A stretch of 64,000 nt of DNA, taken from contig OZ219790.1 of assembly GCA_964291215.2 (NCBI GenBank), positions 1,120,001-1,184,000 on the forward strand, written 5' to 3'. Shown one piece after another: positions 42,865-52,970 of this stretch. The notes under the pieces were generated by a model that was not told the origin of the DNA, searched no databases, and saw only the letters and a program-made list of their open reading frames with translations. Both the position numbers and the translations under genes were made by a program. Origin of the DNA: Alphaproteobacteria bacterium (GTDB lineage Bacteria; Pseudomonadota; Alphaproteobacteria; MPNO01; UBA830). How positions within the stretch are numbered: the stretch's first letter is position 1; every line of letters begins with the position of its first letter.

Positions 42865-44160
42865 CATCCATGTTTCCTGGCAAGGTTTTTGCGGGTGTCT
42901 GTGGTGATGTTTTCTGTGGTTGTCCACAAGCGGTGTGGGATTTGCTCTGCGAGCGAGGCGACATGAAGCTTGTGGTCCCGGCGGCGGGTTGCCATCCATT
43001 GGTCACGTGAACGCGGCTACCTTGCCATCCCCGGGCACGTGACCGGCCGGGTTCCAGGTGTCCCAAGGCGGTTCGATCTCCTCGATGTCGGCCTCGACGA
43101 TGATCTGCAGACATTCTCCCCAAGTCGTGTCGTAGAGGGAGACTATCGAGACAGTCCCGATCGCGCTCTCGGCAGGGCCGTGTCTCCTTCGCTCACTCAC
43201 CGGTGCTTCAGGCAACGCTGCTGTCGCAGCAAGGTGTTCGCCAGAGCTTGCGCATCACGGCGACAATCGCGACCTTGCTTGCCGGCAGTCTTGAGGCGCA
43301 CCAGGTCCGCGTTGAAGCGTGCCGGCTGCGGCCATGAACAGGAGATCGCGTGGCCTTCGGCGCCGGCCACGGATGTGCCGAGCACCGTGGTCGTTGGCGC
43401 CACCCCGATCAAGGCTGCCGACGCTGCCGAGTTCGGGCATCCAGAAGGGCCGCGGCGGTCACCGGATCGAGGTCAGAATGGTGTACCTCTGCTCGGGATC
43501 ACCGGCGATCACCGCTTTGATCGCCGCGCCGGCGGTCATCGAGATCGGCCGCCGAGGCCCTTGTGACGGTCTCGCCATCCACCTCATCTGCCACGCGTCG
43601 ACAAGCGCGGCACCAGGAGATCCTCCAGGCTCTTGAGGAAGGCGGAGCCACAGGCTCACCGTGCCGATCCTGGCGTCGACGCGGTTGGCCCATCGCCTCG
43701 GCGAAGCGCCCGCAACGGGTTGACGAGAATAACCTCGAAGCCCCGGTCATGAAGACACTGGTGAACCTTGCGGTGATAGCGGCCTGTCGCCCACCACCCG
43801 GCTCACCCCGAGGCCGCGAAGCCACCTGCCCGTGGCGTCGTTCGCAAAACAATGCGCCAGATGTCCAGACTGGCTGACCCCTGCTACTACCTTGACCATC
43901 GCTCCTCGCCTTGTGATAATACGGGTTCAAACCCAGGCATCTAGCGAGGGATGTCAAGGGAGGTTGCCAAACTCGGACGCGGCTCTGTCAAGGTCAAAAC
44001 GGCAACCTCCGCGGAGATCGTTTGATCCCCTGTGCGTGTTCGCTCAGGGGAGCGGAATCTCTCTGCAACCATGAACCGGACGCTCTCCCACAGATCCACA
44101 TTTTCCCGCCCCCAACTGCTGTGGATGATTTCATCATCAAGGGGACAAAACCTGGTCATA
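42865..44160 (-). mobile_element. IS110-family element, copy 1 (eroded)
   Basis: Paralogous to 47696..49093; IGVAP and ARFNADL...LANTLL motifs; AG core at 42863..42864; the junction near 44160 appears to have lost about 8 nt. Confidence 0.85.
43895..44065 (-). ncRNA. Putative bridge RNA of IS110 copy 1
   Basis: Stem ggaggttgcc (43959..43968) / ggcaacctcc (44001..44010) encloses ctcggacg and aggtca, which match this copy's target; donor loop is degenerate. Confidence 0.65.
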
Positions 44161-45502
44161 TGGCGTGTTCGGTTTTCTTGAATTCGACGCGCCGGGTGAC
44201 GCGGAAGATCTGCTTGACTAGTTGATCATCTTTGCCAGCCGGGTGAAGATGGTGCGCTGGCGGCCATGCGCGGGCTTTTCGTTGTAGCGCTGGCGGTCTT
44301 CCAGTTGATGCTCTCTCGAAGGTGCGTTGCCCTTGACCATCAGTCCGCGCGATGGGTCTCGATGATCAGCCTCGCGGGTGGTGTGGAGCGCGTCGAGGGT
44401 GAGCAGACGGCCAGCGCCGTCGCGGCATGGACGGCAGCGATCTCCCCGTCGTGATAGTTGAGGATCGAATACCGGCCAGCGAGACCGTCTCGTAATGATC
44501 CTCGCCGGTGCGCTTGCCGTCGACCGCGTTGCCGACCTGCGGCTGCGCGCCGCATCCTCGATCCATCCCGGGTCGGTGTTCTGCAGCACCCGGTGCACGG
44601 TGGAGACCGGCTTGTCCCTGTTCTTCCATGCTGCTCCAGCTCCTTCTGCGTCGTAGTGCGCCACCGCGCCGGTTCGCAAGCCAGCAAAATCACGCACAGC
44701 ACCGAGGCGATGCCCCTGCGCGCGCCGGAAAGCGCCGCTGATAAATCGAGCGCAACTCCTGCGCCGACCAGCGGCGCCCGCAACTCCCACGCCGCAGGAA
44801 GCGGCGAACGATCCCGCGTCACGACGCAGAGGAAACACGTAAGGATCCTTCGCCTCCCCGGTCGGCGCCCGCTGGCGCGCGCATGGCTCCTGCCAACGCA
44901 CTCCCGGTTCGCCGCCTTGTACATGGTGCCGCTGAACTTCGTCGGCGAGACAAACTTCTCCGCAACAAGCAACGGCAGCCTCCCGGTCGCCGCCGCACCA
45001 TCCGCGACAACGCAAACGAGGCCCGGAAACGACCACCAGGAACAACAAACCTCGTGTTGTTCCTGGTGGTCGCCTGAACTGTTCTTCGCGGCGCCAGCCA
45101 ATCCAACGGTCCCGCGCAGCCGAGGGCGCCCGTCTGCCAGCCCGCAGCGCCAATCCACCGCCCGCGCCAGGTGAACACGCAGACCTCGACCGGCAAACTG
45201 CTTGAAACCAGGATACCGTCAACCGCACGACTCCAGCGACATCAGGCCGCGCAAGGCGCACAACCACATCCCGGAGCGCAAAACCCTCCAGAGTCGTCTC
45301 AAAAAAAATCCGCTGCCTCTTCCATCACAACCCCACTTCCAGTCTGAAGTGCAACATCCGGCCCTTCCAACAAACCTGGCGTGGGATCGCCGTGCCGGCT
45401 ATCGCAACCGGCGATGACAACATTCCCAAAATCTGGAATACTGGCAAGGTCCGCTGCAGCCGGGCTGCGGCTGCACGAACACCATCCGGGGACCAGACCG
45501 CG

Positions 45503-45829
45503 ATGATCGATACGGTGGCAGCAAGGAAGCGACTGGAGGCACGCCTGCAGGCGTTGACCTCCAAACTGACGGAAATCGACGAGGATCTGAAGGAGCACGG
45601 AGCCGAGGCCGACTTCGAGGAACGGGCCACGGAAATTGCCGGCGACGAAGTCCTCGAAGGGCTCGGCCTGCAGGGTCAGCGAGAAGCCACGCAGATCAAG
45701 GCTGCCCTCCAGCGGATCGACGACGGCACATACGGGATCTGCGTGCAATGCGGCGAGGAAATCCCGGAAAAGCGCCTCGAGCTCCTGCCTCACACCCCGC
45801 TCTGCACCGATTGCATGGCCGACGGTTAG
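45503..45829 (+). CDS. TraR/DksA C4 zinc-finger protein
   Basis: ALQRIDDGTYGICVQCGEEI..KRL...P.TPLCTDC. Confidence 0.9.
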   Translation: MIDTVAARKRLEARLQALTSKLTEIDEDLKEHGAEADFEERATEIAGDEVLEGLGLQGQREATQIKAALQRIDDGTYGICVQCGEEIPEKRLELLPHTPLCTDCMADG

Positions 45830-45879
45830 AGCGCGTCCAGCTGCGATGTCCCTCCAGCCGCGCCGCCAAGCGGGCGGCG

Positions 45880-47130
45880 TCACCCCTTCTCGCCCCCGCT
45901 CTTGCGGACCTGCGCATGGACGAAGCCGCTCTCGAGCAGGCGCGTGGCGGCTTCTTCGTCCAGCTCGAGCACATCACGCAGGATTTCGGCCGTGTCGGCG
46001 CCAAGCGCGGGCGGATAGCTGTGCCGGTCGACGCCGGACCGCGACATCTTGACCGGATTCCCCGCAACCCTGACCGCCCGGCCAGCACCGTCGTCAAGGT
46101 CCAGAACCATGTCGCGTCCCGTGATCTGGGGGTTGGAGAGCGCCTTTTCCAGCGTGTTGACCTCACCGACCGGGATGCCGGCTTCAAGGAGCCGCGGCAC
46201 CCAGTGATCCGCCTCGTGTCCGGCAAACGCCTCCTCAAGGAGCTGCCACAAGAGGTCACGATTGACGTAACGGTCCTCGTTGCGCACAAAGCGCGGGTCC
46301 TCCTTTAGCCGCTCAAGCCCGAGCACATCGCAGAGTCCCTGCCACATTCGCTCGGTGTTGGCCGTGATCACGAGGGACGTTCCGTTGGCGCAATCGAAGC
46401 CGCGATAGGTCGGGATCGAATCGTGGCCCGACCCCTGCCGGCCCGGGTTCTTGCCCGAATGCAGATAATAGGCGGCCTGGTAACACAACATCGAGACCTG
46501 GCAGTCCAGCATCGAGACGTCAATGTACTGGCCCTTGCCGGAACGGCGTCGCTCTTCCAGCGCGGCAAGAGCGCCGATGACCGAAAACATGCCGGCAGAC
46601 AGGTCTCCGATCGGGATACCGGACCGGACCGCCGAACGACCGGCTTCTCCGGTCATGCCCATGCCTCCCGAGACCGCCTGCACGATCATGTCATAGGCCG
46701 GGCGGTTGCGATCGGGTCCGGTCTGGCCAAAACCGCTGATCGAAGCCCAGATGAGCCCGGGATTGCGGTGCGACAGATCGTCATAGGCGAGCCCCAGACG
46801 GTCAAGAACGCCGGGGCGGAAGTTTTCGAACAGGAAATCCGACCTGTCGGCCAGTTTCTTGACCAGATCGAGGCCCTCGGTCGTCTTCATATCCACAACG
46901 ATGCTTTTCTTGTTGCGATTGACCGACAGGTAATAGCAGCTGTCGTCGCCGACGAAGTTCGGCGGCAGGGCCCGCGACCAGTCGCCGGCCGGCGCCTCGA
47001 CCTTAAGCACCTCGGCCCCGAGATCGGCGAGGACCATCGTGGCGTACGGCCCGGCAAGAAACTGGGTCAGATCCAGTACCCGCAAGCCACCAAGCGGCCC
47101 GCCGCTCCTGTCTCGTTGTCCGTCCGGCAT
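45880..47130 (-). CDS. CaiB/BaiF family III CoA-transferase
   Basis: LRVLDLTQFLAGP, NRNKKS, ENFRPG, AYD. Confidence 0.92.
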   Translation of the reverse strand: MPDGQRDRSGGPLGGLRVLDLTQFLAGPYATMVLADLGAEVLKVEAPAGDWSRALPPNFVGDDSCYYLSVNRNKKSIVVDMKTTEGLDLVKKLADRSDFLFENFRPGVLDRLGLAYDDLSHRNPGLIWASISGFGQTGPDRNRPAYDMIVQAVSGGMGMTGEAGRSAVRSGIPIGDLSAGMFSVIGALAALEERRRSGKGQYIDVSMLDCQVSMLCYQAAYYLHSGKNPGRQGSGHDSIPTYRGFDCANGTSLVITANTERMWQGLCDVLGLERLKEDPRFVRNEDRYVNRDLLWQLLEEAFAGHEADHWVPRLLEAGIPVGEVNTLEKALSNPQITGRDMVLDLDDGAGRAVRVAGNPVKMSRSGVDRHSYPPALGADTAEILRDVLELDEEAATRLLESGFVHAQVRKSGGEKG

Positions 47131-47695
47131 CTGCTGAAACTCCGGCCCAAGGGCGATCGCAAAATCCGATCCGAGCGGCCCGCAAACGGAACACAAGGAC
47201 AACGCGCCGCAGCCACAACCTCGGGCAGGCCCGTTCGCGGCAGTTCTACTTCAGTTGCCAGGCGCCCGCAATTTGCCGGCGTCCACCCCAACCGCCGCGC
47301 CTCGATCAGGAGTCCGCAAAGATGCAGGATGCCGACGGGCGATACGTCCTGCAGCGCCCTTCGGACCGACGCGAAATTCGCGGCCAGTCGGTTCGTGGGG
47401 CGATCCTGGATCCCGAACCGGCAAGGGGATGTCGCAACCGTGGCGGACAGGCTGCCGGTTTCGATTCGTCCGCACATAGCGGTGGTGCCGGGAAGGGCCT
47501 GACATGACTGCACATCCGGTTCCGACGATCGACATCGCCCCCTTCGTCCGTGGCAGCGAAGACGGGCGGGACAGTGTTGCGCGGGCCGTGGACCAGGCCT
47601 GCACCGGATTCTTCGCGATCACCGGCCACGGCGTGTGCGATGAACTGGTCGCGCAGCTGCGAGGATCTGCGGTCGATTTCTTTGCCCTTCCCGAG

Positions 47696-49093
47696 CATCC
47701 ATGTTTCCTGGCAAGGTTTTTGCGGGTGTCTGCGGTGATGTTTTCTGTGGTTGTCCACAAGCGGTGTGGGATTTGCCCTGCGAGCGAGGCGACATGAAGC
47801 TTGTGGTCCCGGCGGCGGGTTGCCGTCCATTGGTCACGTGAACGCGGCTACCTTGCCGCCCCCGGGCACGTGACCGTCCGGGTTCCAGGTGTCCCAAGGC
47901 GGTTCGATCTCCTCGATGTCGGCCTCGACGATGATCTGCAGACATTCTCCCCAAGTCGTGTCGTAGTAGGGAGACTGTCGATACAGTCCCGATCGCGCTC
48001 TCGGCAGGGGTGAGGGCCGTGTCTCCTTCGCTCACTCACCGGTGCTTCGGTCGACCAGCAACGCTGCTGTCGCAGCAAGGTGTTCGCCAGAGCTTGCGCA
48101 TCACGGCGACAATGGCGACTTTGTGGGCCTTGCCGGCGGTCTTGTGGCGTTCGAACACCAGATCCGCGTTGAAGCGTGCTGCCGAGGTCGCGGCCAGGAG
48201 ATCACGTGGCCTCCGGCGCCCGCCTCGGATATGCCGAGCACCGTGGCCACTGTCGTTGGCCATCGGCGCCACCCCGATCAAGGCTGCCGACGCTGCCGAG
48301 TTCGGGCATCCAACAAAGAAGGGCTGCGGCGGTCACTGGACCGGGGATCGAGGTCAGGGTACCTCTGCTCGGGATCACCGGCGATCACCGCTTTGATCGC
48401 CGCACCGGCAATCATCGAGATCGGCCGCCGAAGCCCTTGTGACGGTCTCGCCATCCACCTCATCTGCCACCTACCTCAACTTGGTCCGCACGTCGACAAG
48501 CGCGGCGCCAGGAGATCCCCCAGGCAACTGAGGAAGGCTTCCTGAGGAGCCACAGGCTCGAGATCGCACCGTGCCGATCTTGGCGTCAACGCGGTTGGCC
48601 CAAAGCCTCGGCGAAGCCCTCAACGGGCAGGACAACCTCGAAGCCCCGGTCATGAAGACACTGGTGAACCTTGCGGTGATAGCGGCCTGTCGCCCACCAC
48701 ACGGGTTACCTCGAGGCTGCGAAGCCACGTGCCCGTGGCGTCGTTCGTAAAACGACGCCCCAGATGTCCAGACTGGCTGACCCCTGCTACTACCTTAACA
48801 ATCGTCCCTTGTTCCTCGCCTTATGATGATACGGTTCAAACCCAAGCATCCATTCAGGACGCAAGGGACGCCAAAGGAGGTTGCCACGCTCGGGAACGGC
48901 TCTATAAAGCCAAGGACGGAACGGCAACCTCCGCGGAGATCGTTTGATCCCCGCTCCCCTGTACGTTCTCACACAGGGGAGCGGAATCTCTTTGCAACCA
49001 TAGCTCTCCCATAGTCGAGGTTATCCACATTTTCCCGCCCCCAACTGCTGTGGATGATTTCATCATCAAGGGGACAAAACCTAGTCATATAAG
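47696..49093 (-). mobile_element. IS110-family element, copy 2
   Basis: No terminal IRs; AG (CT on element strand) core at both junctions; IGVAPMANDSG...IRGGRRRPR...KVAIVAVMRKL motifs. Confidence 0.92.
48800..48992 (-). ncRNA. Putative bridge RNA of IS110 copy 2 (5' hairpin, target-binding loop, donor-binding loop)
   Basis: Hairpin 48951..48984; target-loop stem 48876..48885 / 48923..48932; donor-loop stem 48803..48811 / 48862..48870; loop sequences match target and donor. Confidence 0.8.
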
Positions 49094-49938
49094 GACGACA
49101 AGCGCACGGTCGAGCGCCCCGAAGACCGCATCAGCCGCGGCTGGAACGCGATCGGCGACCGGGCGCTGGCCTACTCGCTCGGCAACGAAACACCGCCGGA
49201 TCTCCAGGAGAGCTTCGCGACCGGCCTGTCGAGATGCCCGACGCACTCTACTTCACCTGCGGACGGGCGAGAGCCTTCTTCGCCCCCAACCTGTGGTCAC
49301 CGGCGGCGCCCGAACTCCGTAAAATCATGGAACGCTACTACCGCGTGATGAAGGGGCTTTCGCACACGGTCGTGGAGGTCTTCGCCCGCGCGCTCGGCAA
49401 GCCCGACGATTTTTTCGACGACAAGATCGACCGTCATTCGTCGAGCCTGCGGCTGATCCGGTATCCCGGCCGCATCACAGGCGCTGCGGAAAGGCAGCGC
49501 CGGCGAGCACCATGATTACGGCGCGCTCACCATTCTGCATGGCAGCAACCTGCCCGGCGGACTGCAGGTCAAGCTGCGCCACGGCGGATGGATCGATGTC
49601 GTCCGCCCCGAAGGCAGTTTCATCTGCAATATCGGCGACGCGATGATGCGCCGGACCAACGACCGCCGGGTTTCGACGCTTCACCGCGTCGGGCCGCCCG
49701 AGACCGGAGACGACAGCCCCGACCGGATCTCGATCGTGTATTTCCACAATCCCAACTACGATGCCGGGATCCGCTGCCTCACGGCTCGCCGGCGAGATAT
49801 CCGCCGTCGGACTTCGACGCCTTTTTCATCGACAAGCTGATGCGCGGTTCATGCAGACGGGCCGCCGCGCGAAACGGGCGACTGCTGAGACGTTCTCGGC
49901 AGCAGCCCGTGACCGCACCGCCGTGGGCCGCCACGAAC

Positions 49939-50901
49939 TCAACCCGAACCGAAATGCGCGTTCAGGCTTCTCCGCAGGCGCCCCGGATTCAGTCCGCGCC
50001 TCGCGGCGACGCCAGCCAACTCCTCAAAGGCGCCACCAGGATCCGCAGCCTTGTGCAGGCGCTTGTACGCGTCTTCGCGACGGGCAAGGCCAAGCGCTTT
50101 GGCGACGAGCTCGGTATAGTGAATCACCTCCACGCCGCTGCTCTTCTCCTGCGGAGACAGGTTGCGGTAGCATGAGTGGTAAAGTGCGGCAACGGCGTCC
50201 ACCCTGCACCGCTTGGCCTCCTCGAACAGTCCGCTCACCAGCCGGGCATGTTTCTCCTTTCCGACAAGGCCGATCTGCAGATTGCCGCAATCGTGTCCCC
50301 ATTCGGGCCCCGCGGAGCCGTCGATTACCTCGAGCCCGCGGACCGCGGCGAGAATGGCGCGGGCGAAACGGGAATCGCGGCGCGCCTGTTCATTGTCCCC
50401 ATGGGTATGGAGCATCACCCTCCGCTCCACATGATTGCGGAATTCGAGCCGGTCCAGGTTTTGGACAATGAACTCCGTGACATGCAGATAGGGCACATCG
50501 AGGGAAATACCGGTCTCGGCGAAGGTGTGATCCATGTGCGCGTGGCATGACGGGCAGTAGGTCAGCACCGCCTTCGGGGCATAGCCCTCGAACTTGCTGA
50601 GCGTCTGCCGGGTGATGGTCTCCGACAACTCGACATCGCCGTGGGCGCTGTGAATGATCCCGCAACAGGTGGACGGCCCGCCAAGGGCAACGAAGTCGAT
50701 GCCCATTTCGCTCAGGATCGCGGTGATGGTTTCGGCAAGCGCGACGGTCCTCAGGACGTTGCAACCGAGATAGAGGACATAGTCGTGCGCCGCCCTGTTC
50801 TTCTCGGTGCCTGCGCCCCAGCACCGCGTCTCGTCGCCCCGGGTGGCGTCCGCGAGCGGCTCAATGGGACCAAAATAGCTGGCGTAATCGAATTTCGGCA
50901 T
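49939..50901 (-). CDS. CCG-domain Fe-S protein (HdrB/GlpC-like)
   Basis: YLGCN, TCCG, CPSC, LHVTEF, HDCG...HSC. Confidence 0.8.
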   Translation of the reverse strand: MPKFDYASYFGPIEPLADATRGDETRCWGAGTEKNRAAHDYVLYLGCNVLRTVALAETITAILSEMGIDFVALGGPSTCCGIIHSAHGDVELSETITRQTLSKFEGYAPKAVLTYCPSCHAHMDHTFAETGISLDVPYLHVTEFIVQNLDRLEFRNHVERRVMLHTHGDNEQARRDSRFARAILAAVRGLEVIDGSAGPEWGHDCGNLQIGLVGKEKHARLVSGLFEEAKRCRVDAVAALYHSCYRNLSPQEKSSGVEVIHYTELVAKALGLARREDAYKRLHKAADPGGAFEELAGVAARRGLNPGRLRRSLNAHFGSG

Positions 50902-51176
50902 TGTCAGGCATCTGTTCCGCGCATGGCAGTATAACGAGTTGCCGCTGCGGCCGCATTCGTGGCCGGCCGGAATGCCGATACCTTGACCGATGGGAATCAG
51001 CCGCCGGTGCCGGAAGGGGTGCATGACCGCATCCAACCCGGGCCTCCCGGTTGCAAGCTTCCGCCGGACCATCCGGGACTGCGGCGACGGGCCCGAACGC
51101 GTGATCGCCACAGCGCAGCCTCCGGTGGCCGGACGAAGGTCCGTGATGAAACGGCTGTTGCGCGGCTGCGTCCCGC

Positions 51177-51659
51177 TCAGAGGATGAAACTCACGGAGCC
51201 GAGAGATCCGAGCTCCTCCGAATCGAGGATTGCTCGCCGTTCTGCGATCCGGAGTTCGTCTCCGTCCGCTGCCAGGCGGTGCAGGTAGCGGCCGACATAC
51301 ACGCCGCCGCGGCCACCCCTCCGGAACCTGTGCACAGAGAAATTCGAGGCGACAAGCGCCTCCTTGTCGTCACCCTCCACGATCCTGACGTTGGTAATCA
51401 GCCGGCGGGTGCGCGACGGCGGGAACTCGGCATGGGCATCCCGGCTCTGCAGCCGCTTGACGCGTCCGCGAAGCCTCTGCATGTCATCGGCGATGATGAA
51501 CAGCGTCGTGTCGGGATCACTGTCGGGCGCCTCGTTGGGCGGCACCAGGTAGCGGCCATCATCGGTCAGCAGGGCGAGCCACGCATCGAGTTCCCAAGCA
51601 TCGAGTAGGGCGGCTTCGCGATACAGGAACTCCTCCGCCCGTTCCCGCGTCAGCGCCAC
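51177..51659 (-). CDS. Aromatic ring-hydroxylating dioxygenase beta subunit
   Basis: FLYREAALLD...W, PPSRTRRLITNV. Confidence 0.92.
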   Translation of the reverse strand: MALTRERAEEFLYREAALLDAWELDAWLALLTDDGRYLVPPNEAPDSDPDTTLFIIADDMQRLRGRVKRLQSRDAHAEFPPSRTRRLITNVRIVEGDDKEALVASNFSVHRFRRGGRGGVYVGRYLHRLAADGDELRIAERRAILDSEELGSLGSVSFIL

Positions 51660-51664
51660 GGCCG

Positions 51665-52963
51665 CTACCCCGCGTCCGGCCGCGCTGCGGCGTCTTCGGC
51701 CATCAGTGCGTTCCAGCGCCGCCAGAACGTGCGAAGATGCAACTCGTCCGAGTTAAGCTGTTCGCCCTCCTTCGAGATGCCGCGTGTCATGACGGACCAC
51801 GGCACCTCGTCGACCGTCGCGCCGACGCCCTCCTGGACCTGTTCCAGCGCTTCAACATCGTCGGGCGTTGCAAGGCCGCCCGGGCCGTAGAAGGTGAGAA
51901 AAGAATCGAGCCGCACCTTCCGCATCACCGGGCTTTCCTCTACCGGTCCGATCGCCCAGGCGGTGACCTCCATGCGGTCGGCGGCTGCCGGCCAGAAGGT
52001 GCGGATGGTTACCGAGGAGCCGTCATTGACCATGAGATTGGGAAACACCAGAAGGTTGCGGTTGGTGTTGGCGACACGTTCGGCCCGCTCCGGTCCGAGG
52101 CGCGCTACGAGTTCCGCCTTGGCCGCGGCGATGGCAGGTTTTGCCTCGTCTCCATAGACCGGTATCCAGGAGGCAACCGGGCGGCCCCGGAAATTGAGAT
52201 TGTCGATGACGGCGTGGCCGTTGCCGAGATTCTTGCCGACACCTCTTTTCGGCAGCAGCAGGCCCTTGGGAACCGTCACGTCGACGCCGCTGTCCTTCAT
52301 GTATTCGAGCCAGGTCGCATGAGTGGAATGAAGGTGGTAGTCGTCGAACGAATTCTCGACCAGAAGTTTCCAGTTGGCGCGAATGTCGTACTCCTGGACG
52401 CCGCTCACGACCGTCAGGCTGCCCGACGCCGACTGCTCGACGACGAGATCGATATAGTCCCGTGCGCCGGCCAGATAGGCGTGAAGCTCGCAGATCGCCT
52501 TGTCGAAACTCGCGAACCAGAACCCGCGATAAGAATCGAGGCGCGGTGGCGCCATGAGGCCGAGCGACGTTCGGTCGAACGTATCGGGATAGGCATCGGC
52601 TCCGGGGACCGCGGCAAGACTTCCGTCATTGGCATATGACCAGCCATGGTAGAAGCAGTAGAAGCGGCTGCTGTTACCGCGCCGCTCGCGGCAGACGCGA
52701 GCGCCACGGTGCCGGCAGGTATTCAGGAACAGTCTCACCGAGCCGGTCGAATCGCGGCAGAAGATAACCGGTCGACCGGCCACCTTGCGGGTTACGAAAT
52801 CGCCGGGATCCGGAATTTCCGACTCGTGTCCAACATAGATCCAGCTCCGGTCGAACACCTGTTTCCGTTCCGCCTCGAGAATCGTGGGCTCGACCAGCAC
52901 GCGGCGATTCAGCCGGAAATCACGGCCTGCGGCATCGTCGACGATGAAGGCGCCGCGCGTCAT
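51665..52963 (-). CDS. Aromatic ring-hydroxylating dioxygenase alpha subunit (Rieske)
   Basis: CRHRG...CFYHGW, NWK..VEN..DDYH...TH, TPDD. Confidence 0.95.
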   Translation of the reverse strand: MTRGAFIVDDAAGRDFRLNRRVLVEPTILEAERKQVFDRSWIYVGHESEIPDPGDFVTRKVAGRPVIFCRDSTGSVRLFLNTCRHRGARVCRERRGNSSRFYCFYHGWSYANDGSLAAVPGADAYPDTFDRTSLGLMAPPRLDSYRGFWFASFDKAICELHAYLAGARDYIDLVVEQSASGSLTVVSGVQEYDIRANWKLLVENSFDDYHLHSTHATWLEYMKDSGVDVTVPKGLLLPKRGVGKNLGNGHAVIDNLNFRGRPVASWIPVYGDEAKPAIAAAKAELVARLGPERAERVANTNRNLLVFPNLMVNDGSSVTIRTFWPAAADRMEVTAWAIGPVEESPVMRKVRLDSFLTFYGPGGLATPDDVEALEQVQEGVGATVDEVPWSVMTRGISKEGEQLNSDELHLRTFWRRWNALMAEDAAARPDAG

Positions 52964-52970
52964 CGACGAA

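Larger units (their letters stand above)
42422..45394 (-). mobile_element. ISAs1/DUF4338 element, copy 2, containing a nested IS110
   Basis: Same IRs as copy 1; 10-bp TSD ccggctatcg (42412..42421, 45395..45404). Confidence 0.9.
47504..49860 (+). pseudogene. Isopenicillin N synthase-family 2OG-Fe(II) oxygenase, split by IS110 and eroded
   Basis: VPTIDIAPF...FFALPE | DDKRTV...PPDLQESF; HHDYGALTIL, NIGD, STLHRV; frame restored at the junction by removing 47696..49093. Confidence 0.85.

Noticed and set aside
49021-49029. Perfect DnaA box TTATCCACA
   Set aside because: Lies in an IS110 end, is not preserved in copy 1, and has no oriC context
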